DNA of 64,000 nucleotides from a virus (Duplodnaviria; Caudoviricetes): IMG/VR virus record IMGVR_UViG_3300044695_001846, positions 1 to 64,000 of that record; one strand, 5' to 3'. Shown piece by piece: positions 37,474 to 48,600 of this stretch (position 1 is its first letter; each line of letters starts with the position of its first letter). The notes under the pieces were generated by a model. It saw only the letters and a program-made list of their open reading frames with translations, ran no database searches and was not told where the DNA came from. The position numbers and the translations under genes were made by a program.

Positions 37474-40400
37474 AGTAGCCAAGGGTATTATTGATATTGA
37501 GATCAATACGGGCTCTGCTGCCTCTACACTGCAAGCATTACAATCACAAATTAATGCTTTTAATCTAGCCCTAAACAAAGCCAATGCTACACAGGGAAAA
37601 TTTTCTGCAGAGTATACAAAAAAACTTCAAGATGCAATAAATAAAACTGGTCTTTTTACAGCAGAAACAATAAGACTTCAGACTGCTGCTGCAACTTTAG
37701 ATAAAACTTTGTCCAAAGGAAAAACTTCTTTAGGGCAATATTTTAGTGCAAGATTTAATAAAGATGGTGCGATTGCAGCAGAGACAATGGCTCTTGCATC
37801 AGAACGTGCAAGAAGACTTCAAACACAATTTATAGCCACCTCTAGTGCTGCAAATGGATTTCAAGATGCACTAGCAGTTAGACCACTTGCAGCATTTTCT
37901 TCACAAGTAGCGGTTGCAGGACAAAAAGCAGAAATTATGTCTGCAATGTTCAAGCAAGGAACTACTCAATTAATTAACTTTGGTAAGAATGTCCAATGGG
38001 CAGGTCGCCAGCTTATGGTTGGCTTTACAGTTCCACTTACAATTTTTGGTGCAGTAGCTGGAAAAACTTTTATGGAATTAGAAAAGCAAGCGGTTGCATT
38101 TAAAAAAGTATATGGAGATATTTTTACAACTCCAGCAGAATTAAATCAAAATTTAGAGGCAGTAAAAGGTCTTGCTTCTGAATATACTAAATATGGTATT
38201 GCAGTAAAAGACACAATTGGTCTTGCTGCTCAAGCTGCTGCTGCTGGTAGAAAAAATGCAGATTTAACTGATGCAGTTTCTCAAGCAACAAGACTTGCAA
38301 CACTTGGTCAAATGGATCAAAATGCAGCACTTGAAACAACAATATCTTTGCAATCTGCATTTAGATTATCAGGACAAGATCTTGCAGATACTATTAACTT
38401 TTTAAATATGGTTGAAAACCAAACAGTTGTTTCCTTGCAAGATATTGCTGCTGCTATTCCTCGTGTAGCACCAGTTATCCAAGGTCTTGGTGGAGACGTA
38501 AAGGATCTTACAGTTTTCCTTGCAGCAATGCAAGAAGGTGGAGTTGATGCAGCAGAAGGTGCTAACGCATTAAAGTCTGGTCTTGCATCTTTGATTAATC
38601 CAACAAGACAAGCAACTGAAATGTTGAGTGGAATGGGGATAAATCTTCAGTCAATTATTGATTTAAATAAAGGGGATCTTATGGGAACTGTTCAATCTTT
38701 TGCACAGGCTTTATCATCTCTTGATCAATTCTCAAGACAACAAGCTCTTGAACAAGTGTTTGGAAAATTTCAATATGCAAAACTTGGAGCACTGTTTGAT
38801 AATATTTCTAGAAAAGGATCTCAGGCTCAACAAGTAATTGCAACATTAGGATATAGTACAGAACAACTTGCTTCAACTGCAGATAAAGAATTAAAAACCA
38901 TTGAAGAATCTTTTGGTGTGCAATTAACAGGTGCAATGGAAAGATTTAAGTTGGCAATTGCCCCCATTGGAGAAATATTTGTTAAATTAGCTATACCACT
39001 TGTTAATTTTGCTACATCCATTGCAGAAGCTTTTAATGGATTGTCAGATGGTCAAAAGAAGTTTGCTGCTATTGGTGCAGTTGTAATTGGTGTTGTTGTT
39101 CCAGCAGTCACAATGCTTACTGGTTTATTCTTAAACCTTGTTGGAACCCTTGCAAAAATGACACAAGGTATAACTTTATTTGGAATGGGATTTATAAAGG
39201 GTGGTCCACTAGGTGCAGTTAAAGCACTTACACAAAGTTCAAAATATTTAAGTCTTGCAGAGATGGATGCAGCGATGGCTGCTCAACAACTTGCTGGTGC
39301 TAACCAAGCATTAAATGCAACTTTGGTTGAGCAGGTTGGAAGCTCTAATGCTGCTGCTGCTGCAATTGGAAATTTAACAAAAGCATATTCTGCAATGATT
39401 GCTACTCAAGGTGCTGCAGCAGCAAGATTCCCAGAACACTTTGGTATAGCTGGAGCAGCTGGAACAAGAGCAAAAGTTAGCCAGGTAGCAATGAGAGGAG
39501 TTCAAAGAAGAAATTCTGGTGGACCAATCTTTATGTCAAATGGCACAACTGTCCCAGGAACTGGAAATACTGATACAGTTCCAGCCATGCTTACTCCAGG
39601 GGAATTTGTAGTAAATAAAAAAGCCACTAAAAATAATCTTGGACTATTGCATTCTATTAATGATAGCAAGAGTCCTCAAGGATTAAATGCTGGTGGAAAA
39701 GCAAAAGGAATGCAATATTTTGCTAAAGACAATCCCCCTATAGTTTTAGATGCAGATTTATCTGATGCAGACATAGCTGGTCTTAACCAATTTCCTATTG
39801 ATGATGATACTCCAGCAAAGCAAAGAAGAAGAAGAGATACCCAAGTTGCTCAACGAGCTCAACCTGCAGATGTAAAATACTCTTCTGAAATTCCTAGAAA
39901 CTTATTAACAAGATTTCCTGGGTCAGGTCCTATAAAGCCAATAGATTTTCAAACATATTCATTTTTACACATGCAAAGAAATGTTGTAAATTCTGAAGGA
40001 AGTGCTAAACTTTCTGGTCCAAGATACATGGACATGGCACTAAGAGGATCAAATCTTACACCAACTCAAGAAGCTAATGCCTTTGTAGATAGGCTAACTG
40101 GCTACAAAGGTGCTAGAATGGTTGGAAATATTGGATTTAAGGCTTCCTCATATTTAAATGCTGGAATTCATCCAATACAAGATTTAATTGATGATTTAAA
40201 TTACCGAATTCTTTATGGAGAAAACCCCTACGAAGGAACAATGAAAGCTGCAGGTTTATCTGGATTAGAATTAGAAACAGCAAAAAGTAAGGTTCATTCT
40301 CAAGTTGTTGGAAAGTTAAGGGCTATGCAATATGCTGGACAGGTTAACTTTAATGCAAGTGACAGTAGGCAAATGTCTGGCGTATATAAGGTGATGGAAA

Positions 40401-43400
40401 AAGCTGTAGAAAAGTCCTTAAGAATTTCTGGAGTAGGAACACAAGGAATCCAAGACCTATATTTTGGAGGAGAAAAAAATGTTCCAGATTTTAAATTTAG
40501 ACCAGGAATAAATAAGGATGCAATAAGAAAACTTCCACCAAGTCCAGACTATGAGTTTATTCTACCAGATAGTCCAGAAGGCATTAAGCTGGGTCTTAGA
40601 ACTAAAGATATTATTCTTAAAAGACCTGGATTTGATGATGTTATGTTAAGAGCAGGAGGGTCTAATCAGCACAAAAATATTAATTCGCAATTGCTAAGAG
40701 AAGCATTTACCGCTCTTGCAACTAGAGGAAGATCTTTAAGAATGAACTCTGGTGGACAAGTTCCAGGTATGCAATATTTTGCTGCCAATAATAGACAAAG
40801 AGTAGTTCAAGAAGCATACAAGGCAGCTTCAGGTATTAGAAGAAGAGTAAGACCTGGAAGAGATCAAAGATTTAGTCAACAGGCTGTATTAAAAGATTAT
40901 GTTCATGATGCAAATTTTATAAGAAATAGCAAAGACCCCGAAGATATGAATACCCTTTTGGGAATGATGAAGCCTCTTACTCAAAAAACTAGGGCAACTA
41001 GAGGAACTGTTTTAGGATCAACAAATAATCCAGAACTACCATATGCACAACAAAAAAGAATTGTTGCTGCAATTAAAGAAGGAAGATATGAAGACCTATT
41101 TGGAATGAAATTAAATTTCAAAGGTCCAGGATCATATACTACTAGAAGAGAAACAGATTTTTCACCATTTATTGGAGACCTTAGCAATCCAACCTTAAAA
41201 GCGTTTTCAAATGGCTTTATGACATTAAAAGATCAAAAAGAAGAAATTGCTAAATTAAGAAAAATAATGAGATCAGGAAAGTTTAAAAAACTTACTCCTG
41301 GAACTGCAGAATATGCAAGAGCACTTGGAATGACTGGTTTATGGAGTCCTGCTCGTTCTTGGAGACCTGGACCCAATCCTACTATTGGTAGTGACTGGAC
41401 TGTTGAACAAGTTCTTGCAAATAAATTAAGAGACTATAATAATCGTAAAAAAGGTTTAAAGAAAGCTTTTCCAGATAAAAAAATTCAACAATTATTAATT
41501 GATGAAATGGTTGGATCTGGAACACTAGCTATTGATGTACCAAAAGCTTTTTACAAGCATCCTAGATTACCTTATAGAGGAGATCATATAGAAAACCTTG
41601 TTAAAAAAGAAAATGAGATCCTTCTTGGAAATAGAACATCTCAAATAACTGGGGTAGCAACTGATTTAAGAACAAGGCTACCATCTTTAATTACTCAATC
41701 TTTTAATAGAGGAAATATTGTTCCTGGAACTGGCAATACAGATACCGTACCAGCAATGCTTACCCCTGGTGAATTTGTTGTAAATAAAGAATCAACAAAA
41801 AAGAACTATGACTTGTTAACTGCTATTAATAATTCTCAAAAATTAAACAAGGGTGGAATGGCTTATAGTGGTTCTAGAGAAGCTCCACCAAGCTTAGCAA
41901 TGAATCGTGGAGGAGCTGTTCAATATTTTGGAATTGGAGGAATGGTTGGAGGTCTTGCTCCAATGGCAGCTAATATTGGGGTTGGAACTGCCGCTTATAT
42001 GGGTGCAGAAAAAGCTGGAATGGGAATGGGAACATCTCTTGTAGCAAGTCTAGGAGCAGGAATGTTGGCTCAAAAAGCTGTAACTGCATCCTTGTTAAAG
42101 TTTAGAGGAGAAACCTTAAAAGCTGTAGATTCTACTGGAAAAGTTGGAAAAGGATTTGCACAACTATTTCCTCAACTATCCAAACTAAGTCCAAGTATTT
42201 TAAGATTTGCTGCACCTATGGCAGGTGCAGGTGCTATTTTAGCAGTAGTTGGATTTACCTTGTATAAATTAAATAAAAGTTTATTAAATGCAGAAAAGTC
42301 TGGTGCAGCTCTTTCTGATGCTATGTACGGATCTGCAAAAACAACGCAAGCAATGGCTGATGCATTTGGCAGAGAAACTTTTGCAACTGCTGCAAGAAGA
42401 AAATTAGCAGAAAAATCTGGAGGGCAAGAAATAACTCAAGAAGCAGTAGCAGCTTCTGGAGAGTTTATGAAAAGCGATTCAGCAAAACAGCTTATAAAAG
42501 ATTTAGAGCTTGTTAAAAAATCTGGCGAAGATGTAACCCTAGCATTAAGAAATCAGCTAGCTTCTTCAATTATTTCAGGTGTAATAAGTCCAGAAGAAGC
42601 TAGAGCAATTGCTTTAGATATTGGAAAAGAACTTGGTGATCAAAATCTTGGAATTAAACTTTCAGGAGAACTTTCCTCATTAATAGGTGTAAATGGAGAA
42701 AGAATAACGGATAACATAATAGACATTGTGGCTGAAATAAGTCCAAAGGTTGATGGTGCAAAAATTACAAGGGATGCTCAATCGGCTTTTGATAAATTAA
42801 ATCCACCACAAAAATTTGTTCAATTTTTTAAAGGTGGGCAATCAGCTTTTGTTAAAGATTTTTCAATAGAAGAAATTAGTGCAAGAAATATTGCAGCCCT
42901 TACAAAAGAAGCAGAAGCTAGACAGTTATTAAATCTTGCGTATCAAGAAGGTTCTGTAACTCTTAAAGAATACTTAGACCAATCTGGAAAAATTACAGGA
43001 CTTGCAGAAGGAAGATCTAAATTTGTGCAAGATGCAAATGCAAAAGCCTTAGGATATAAAACTGTTGATGAAATGGTTACAAGCTATCAGACTGCTGCAA
43101 CTGAACTTGCTAATACAGACAATATGACTCCTGGAGAACTAGCAGCAATTGAAGGGCAAGGGGCTAATCCAAATGATAGAATAGTTGCAATTCCAGATGC
43201 AGCTCAATATCAACAGTATTTGACTGGAGCAAAAGCTGCATTTACTGAACAACTTACAACGAGTGGGTTTAGTGCAGAAGCAGCTAAGGCTATGGTTGGT
43301 GGAATAGAGTCAAACCTTTCAGCAATTGACACAGGAATATTTGATAAATTTATTTCTGGACAAATTCCTCTTGAAGGATATGATATTTTGGTAAATCTTT

Positions 43401-45037
43401 CTAAGACTGGAAACCTTACAGAAGAAGATATTGATAGACTTGGAACAGAGCTTACTGCCTTAAGTACAATACCAAATATTGACAAGATAGTTGGTCTAGA
43501 CATGGTTAATGAAAGTTCTATTACAGAGCTATACAATGACTATGTTGCCTTAGAAGAAAAACCAGATCTTTATAAAGGTGTAAGCATTGTTGATCAATTT
43601 TCAGATACAATGAATAAGTTTGCAATAGAATGGGCATGGCTACAAAGTTTGCCAATTGAAGAAAAAATTATTGTGTTAAGAAATATTGCAACTTATGAAA
43701 CAGCAGTACTTTCTAATGCAGCAGGTTCAGATGCACATTCAAGAGAACTTGTAGCTGCTACAAGCACAGTTTTAACTACAGCTAAAAAAGATTTTGGAAA
43801 AGATAAACCAGTTGTAGATAAACCAAAGGGTGGTAAGGATGGAGAAGAAGACAAGCTTAAGAGATTAAAAGATATGCTTATGGAAAGATTTAGACTTCAA
43901 GAAATGCTTATTGATAAAGAAGCAGAAGGATTTAACAAAAGAATTAAAGATATTTCTAGAGAAATTCAATTGCAACAAAGACAAATAGCTTTAGAAGAAA
44001 AGCAAATTGAAGTAAGACAAAAAGCTTTAGAAGAACTTTCTAAAAAAGAAGATGAAGTAAATACTGTATATGATAATAGAATATCTGCACTAGATAGAGT
44101 GTCTGCATCAAATTCAAGATTGGCAGGTCAAGAACAATCTAGAATAACTCTTGCATCCGCACTAGCTTCTGGTGACATTGCTGGAGCTGCATCTGCCATG
44201 TCTGACATAACTCAGCAATCTGCAGAAAGTCAGATAGAAGATACCAAGACTGCTTTGGAACTCCAAAGACAAGAAGCATTAAAGAATTTAACAGTTGATG
44301 TAAATGGTACTTTAATGACAAGAAAAGGTATTGAAGCAAGCATAGAAACAATTCAAAAAAGTATAGAAATAATTCAAACTAGCATTTATAATAAGAATCT
44401 TGAAATGCAAACATTAGAAGACGCATTATACGAAAATGAAAAGAAGAGATTAAAGGTAGCTGAAGATCGTGAAAAGGTGGAAACAAGAATCTACCTTCTA
44501 GAACAAAAGAAAGCTTATGATGAACTTAATAAGAAAAAGAACAAAACCAAGCTTAATGCAGCAGAAAAAGCAGCACTTGATGAATATAAAACATCATACA
44601 ATGCCATGGCAACCATTTATAACCAACAGAATCCATCTACCCCTGTACAGTTGTTAAACCTTGGTGGGCAGGTTGCTGGAATTGGAATGAGAGATACTGT
44701 CCCAGCCATGCTCACTCCTGGTGAATTTGTTATTAACAAGAATGCTGCAAAAACTTTCTTGCCTATGCTAGAGTCTATTAATTCTGGAGTGTTCCCATCA
44801 ATTGGAGGAATGAATCTAGGATCTCCAAGATACGATGTTCCTGCTAACAATATTACCAATGTTCCAGTTTCTCAGTCAATTACTAATTCATCAAATGCTT
44901 CTACCATGTATAATAATAGTTACAGTATAAATGTAAATGTATCTGGAAGTAGCTCTTCTGCAGATGAAATTGCAAACGTTGTTATGGGTAAGATTGCAAG
45001 ATCTAACTCAGGAAGTATTAGAGGAAGTAGATATTAA
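37466..45037 (+). CDS. Tape measure protein (2523 aa) with inserted cargo domains
   Basis: TP901-type TMP core (NFGKNVQWAGRQL..GFTVP, ENQTVVSLQD), TM segments, C-terminal coiled coil; three DTVPAMLTPGEFV repeats. Confidence 0.9.
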   Translation: MAEVAKGIIDIEINTGSAASTLQALQSQINAFNLALNKANATQGKFSAEYTKKLQDAINKTGLFTAETIRLQTAAATLDKTLSKGKTSLGQYFSARFNKDGAIAAETMALASERARRLQTQFIATSSAANGFQDALAVRPLAAFSSQVAVAGQKAEIMSAMFKQGTTQLINFGKNVQWAGRQLMVGFTVPLTIFGAVAGKTFMELEKQAVAFKKVYGDIFTTPAELNQNLEAVKGLASEYTKYGIAVKDTIGLAAQAAAAGRKNADLTDAVSQATRLATLGQMDQNAALETTISLQSAFRLSGQDLADTINFLNMVENQTVVSLQDIAAAIPRVAPVIQGLGGDVKDLTVFLAAMQEGGVDAAEGANALKSGLASLINPTRQATEMLSGMGINLQSIIDLNKGDLMGTVQSFAQALSSLDQFSRQQALEQVFGKFQYAKLGALFDNISRKGSQAQQVIATLGYSTEQLASTADKELKTIEESFGVQLTGAMERFKLAIAPIGEIFVKLAIPLVNFATSIAEAFNGLSDGQKKFAAIGAVVIGVVVPAVTMLTGLFLNLVGTLAKMTQGITLFGMGFIKGGPLGAVKALTQSSKYLSLAEMDAAMAAQQLAGANQALNATLVEQVGSSNAAAAAIGNLTKAYSAMIATQGAAAARFPEHFGIAGAAGTRAKVSQVAMRGVQRRNSGGPIFMSNGTTVPGTGNTDTVPAMLTPGEFVVNKKATKNNLGLLHSINDSKSPQGLNAGGKAKGMQYFAKDNPPIVLDADLSDADIAGLNQFPIDDDTPAKQRRRRDTQVAQRAQPADVKYSSEIPRNLLTRFPGSGPIKPIDFQTYSFLHMQRNVVNSEGSAKLSGPRYMDMALRGSNLTPTQEANAFVDRLTGYKGARMVGNIGFKASSYLNAGIHPIQDLIDDLNYRILYGENPYEGTMKAAGLSGLELETAKSKVHSQVVGKLRAMQYAGQVNFNASDSRQMSGVYKVMEKAVEKSLRISGVGTQGIQDLYFGGEKNVPDFKFRPGINKDAIRKLPPSPDYEFILPDSPEGIKLGLRTKDIILKRPGFDDVMLRAGGSNQHKNINSQLLREAFTALATRGRSLRMNSGGQVPGMQYFAANNRQRVVQEAYKAASGIRRRVRPGRDQRFSQQAVLKDYVHDANFIRNSKDPEDMNTLLGMMKPLTQKTRATRGTVLGSTNNPELPYAQQKRIVAAIKEGRYEDLFGMKLNFKGPGSYTTRRETDFSPFIGDLSNPTLKAFSNGFMTLKDQKEEIAKLRKIMRSGKFKKLTPGTAEYARALGMTGLWSPARSWRPGPNPTIGSDWTVEQVLANKLRDYNNRKKGLKKAFPDKKIQQLLIDEMVGSGTLAIDVPKAFYKHPRLPYRGDHIENLVKKENEILLGNRTSQITGVATDLRTRLPSLITQSFNRGNIVPGTGNTDTVPAMLTPGEFVVNKESTKKNYDLLTAINNSQKLNKGGMAYSGSREAPPSLAMNRGGAVQYFGIGGMVGGLAPMAANIGVGTAAYMGAEKAGMGMGTSLVASLGAGMLAQKAVTASLLKFRGETLKAVDSTGKVGKGFAQLFPQLSKLSPSILRFAAPMAGAGAILAVVGFTLYKLNKSLLNAEKSGAALSDAMYGSAKTTQAMADAFGRETFATAARRKLAEKSGGQEITQEAVAASGEFMKSDSAKQLIKDLELVKKSGEDVTLALRNQLASSIISGVISPEEARAIALDIGKELGDQNLGIKLSGELSSLIGVNGERITDNIIDIVAEISPKVDGAKITRDAQSAFDKLNPPQKFVQFFKGGQSAFVKDFSIEEISARNIAALTKEAEARQLLNLAYQEGSVTLKEYLDQSGKITGLAEGRSKFVQDANAKALGYKTVDEMVTSYQTAATELANTDNMTPGELAAIEGQGANPNDRIVAIPDAAQYQQYLTGAKAAFTEQLTTSGFSAEAAKAMVGGIESNLSAIDTGIFDKFISGQIPLEGYDILVNLSKTGNLTEEDIDRLGTELTALSTIPNIDKIVGLDMVNESSITELYNDYVALEEKPDLYKGVSIVDQFSDTMNKFAIEWAWLQSLPIEEKIIVLRNIATYETAVLSNAAGSDAHSRELVAATSTVLTTAKKDFGKDKPVVDKPKGGKDGEEDKLKRLKDMLMERFRLQEMLIDKEAEGFNKRIKDISREIQLQQRQIALEEKQIEVRQKALEELSKKEDEVNTVYDNRISALDRVSASNSRLAGQEQSRITLASALASGDIAGAASAMSDITQQSAESQIEDTKTALELQRQEALKNLTVDVNGTLMTRKGIEASIETIQKSIEIIQTSIYNKNLEMQTLEDALYENEKKRLKVAEDREKVETRIYLLEQKKAYDELNKKKNKTKLNAAEKAALDEYKTSYNAMATIYNQQNPSTPVQLLNLGGQVAGIGMRDTVPAMLTPGEFVINKNAAKTFLPMLESINSGVFPSIGGMNLGSPRYDVPANNITNVPVSQSITNSSNASTMYNNSYSINVNVSGSSSSADEIANVVMGKIARSNSGSIRGSRY

Positions 45038-45624
45038 TGGTAAGTAGTGCATATTTAAATTCTAGAAAGAAATGGGATAGACCACAGGCAATAATTTGGT
45101 CAAATAATTCAGCTGGAATTATAAATGGAGTTCCTCAAATTACTGGTTCTGAAGGAGAAGACTTTTTAATCCTTTCTGACCATAATAGATCTGCTGTTGA
45201 TTTTTCTATAGATAGAATTGAAAATAGAAAAAGAATGGTAAATGGTCATATGCGTTCTTATCATATTGCAGATAAATTAAGAGTGTCAACAAACTGGAAT
45301 CTTTTGCCATCTAGAGCATTTAATAAAGACCCAGATTTTTCCGTAAATGGAAATCCTGTTGCTACATCCCTGGTTGAGTATACTGCTGATGGTGGTGCAG
45401 GTGGATCAGACTTGTTAAACTGGTATAACAGCAATCCTGGATCATTCTATATGTTTATATCATATGACAAAAATTCAAAATTAAATGATGTACCTTATCA
45501 AAATTTAGCAACATATTCAGAAGTTCTTGAAGTTTATTTCTCATCATTTACTTACAACGTTGTAAAAAGAGGCGCAACTAATCACGACCTTTGGGATATT
45601 TCTATATCACTTGAGGAAGTATAA
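45037..45624 (+). CDS. Distal tail protein-like
   Basis: Directly after TMP; RKRMVNGHMRSYHIADK...W, WDISISLEEV. Confidence 0.6.
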   Translation: MVSSAYLNSRKKWDRPQAIIWSNNSAGIINGVPQITGSEGEDFLILSDHNRSAVDFSIDRIENRKRMVNGHMRSYHIADKLRVSTNWNLLPSRAFNKDPDFSVNGNPVATSLVEYTADGGAGGSDLLNWYNSNPGSFYMFISYDKNSKLNDVPYQNLATYSEVLEVYFSSFTYNVVKRGATNHDLWDISISLEEV

Positions 45625-48600
45625 TGTTTTTTGATAATGATTTAATTACTCATCTTAAGACTAACAACTCTCTTCAAGTTGATTCCTTGATTATTGCTGA
45701 ATGGAATCAGAATGATTTATCAAATATTGAAAATTATGGAAACTATAGATGGAGACCATCAAGTGCAAGTGTGGATGTTTTTAGAAATTTAGCACCATCG
45801 TATGATCCAAATGATGATGGAAATTTTTATACTGGAGCCTTGGAGTCTAAGTATATTTCTGAATATAGAGTAGATAGTGGAAGTCCACTAACTTTTTTAA
45901 CAGATCAAGAAGAGATGCAGCTATTTTATTCTCTTAAAGATTGCTTTAAACCATTTAGACCAAGATCTGGAATTAACAAAATGTTATTTTTTGGAGACCT
46001 AGATGAAGAAAAAAATAAACATGTTGACAGTATCAGATCTGGAAGAAGACCAAGGTATTATTTTTGTTCAAAAAATGATCAATTTAAGTATTGGACATCT
46101 TATAGAAAAGATAGTGGCGTAGAAGTTGGAGTTTCTTCTGTAATTGCAAGAGGTCTTAATTCAAGTTTTGGATATGAAATAACAGATTCAGCACCCTTTG
46201 TTGTTTACAAAGAGCAAGTTGCTGCAAATAGAATTGTTGTAAAAATGCAAACTAACTTAGCAGATGATCTAGTTCTTGGAGTTGATGGAGAGCCAGTTGT
46301 TTCTTCAGTAATAAGAAGAGAAAATCTTATAACTAATGATGAACTTTCTGACAGATCTAAGTCTAGCATTCCTAAAAAATGGAAAATTCAATATCTTGAT
46401 TCGGAAAATAATTGGCTAAATGCCATATCTTTTGATGAAAACTCTCTTAGATCAGATGGTTCTGATATTGTTCCTTGGGATGGCTATGTTGAAATATCTT
46501 ATGGAGTAAAAATACCACAAGAATATAGAGAAAACTTTCATTTTATAGACTACATAAGCTCTTCTGTGCAATTACCAGCAAACACAATTAATGGAGAAGC
46601 GTATATTTTATTAGAAAATGATTTAGATCCTGGAGTTTTATGGGTTTGGAATACAGTCTTAAATGATTGGGAAACTTCAAATGTAGAATATGGTTTTTCA
46701 TTATTAGAAAATGATGATACAAAAAGAACTGGAATTATAACAAGCCTAGTTGATCCCAAATATTTTCTTAGAAATGAAATTCCAACCTATAGAGATATTG
46801 TATTTTTGAAGGGATTAAGAGTTGTTGTTGAAACAATGGTGTCTCCAAATAGAACATTTGATTTAATAGAAATGTCACCAAGACTAAAAGCCGATGTATC
46901 TAAATATGTAATAGATTTTGAAATAAACAAAGACATTGCTGCAACAGATTATGGACTTCCAGTAGGAGCATTGGTAGCATCAACTGGTCAAATAAACTTA
47001 TCAAATCATGACGGTGCTTTTACCAGATTAAATGTTTTTAACCAAGATGAAAAAACTGGAAGTATTATTTCTGGAAATTTAAGACCACAAACAAAGTTTG
47101 ATTTTTATGAAACAGTTTTAAATGTACAGGGGTATGATAAGTTTATTCCTTTAAAAACTTTCTATTCAGAAAATTCTGCAGAAAGCTATGGTGGTTTTTC
47201 AGACGTATCCTTAACACTAAGAGATGCCTTTTTTAGATTTGAATCAGAAATGGCAACACCAATATTTTTACAAAACTGCACACTTACAATGGCTGTTGCA
47301 GTACTACTAGACAACATTGGTTTTGGAAATTATATATTTAAAAATATAACTACTGCAAACGATCCAGTAATTCCATTCTTCTTTGTAGAGCCAGACATAT
47401 CAGTTGCAGAAGTTTTGCAAAGACTTGCCCAGTCTACACAAACAGCAATGTTTTTTGATGAGTACAATAATTTTTGTATGATGCCAAAAGAATATTTAAT
47501 ACCTGATTATTCTATTAGTGATAGCAATACCTCAATATCAGAAAGATTAGTTAATCTTTATGGGCAAAAAGAAGTTGGATCAGTTCCAAATATTGAATTT
47601 ATTGCAGGGGTAGATTCAAAAATTATTAATGATGGTCAAATTAACTATACAACAAGATACATTCAAAGAGATGTTCCAAACTTAGAACAGGCACAAATAA
47701 ATCCTAATGATAGAACTTATTCCTATAAATCTGCAGTGCTTTGGGAACTGGGAGATCAAGACGAGGCAAGAACTATTAATCAGCCTATAGGTAAAAATGG
47801 TTATAGTTTAGGTGCTGTAACTTTAAATGCAGAACTTTCTTCTACAGTTCCATTTGTAGAAAATCATCAAATACAGGAAAACATAATTGACGTTGGAGAA
47901 AGTGGATACCTTCTTCCAAGATTCCAAGGTTATCTATATGCTAACGGCGAAATTATAAGATATGATGCTCAAGAATATCAAGTTACTGGTGTTGGAACTG
48001 TTTGGATTACAAATAATAATGAATACCAAAAATATTTTTCAAAACTTGCTTTTAACGGAAAAATGATTGTTACTGGAAAATTAAGAATTTATACTGAGCC
48101 ATTTTACCAAGAATCTCCAGGAGCCAGCCAAGACGGATTAGAGGCTGGAGTTGTTTACAAGAATGGAGCAGTTAGCTCTCACGGTAGGGGGCAGTTTGGA
48201 ACTTCTGTAACTAGCCACTTCCATGAGTTAAATCCTTATTGGGCAAGTTCTAAGCAAGCTTTTAGAATGAATTCAAGTTTATTATTTAGTACAACCCCTA
48301 CAGAATCAATTAAGTATCCCCCATTGTTGACAACAACTGCAGGAACCAGGAGTGACGATAGTGCAAAAGGTAACGCTGTAGTTTCTGGAAAAATTGCAAG
48401 TCTACTTAGAAGAACTGTTAGAGCAGAAAATAACTCTTCTACAGTAGATCAGCTAGAGGCAGGAACGGTACAATCTTCAGCACTTATCCTTTCAGGTTCA
48501 AAAACTTCTTCTCAAGCATCTATACCAAGAGACTTAATAACATATGTTTATAAAGATTTTTCAAGCAATGACTTTAAGCATGTTGGAACTAGAATGAGAA

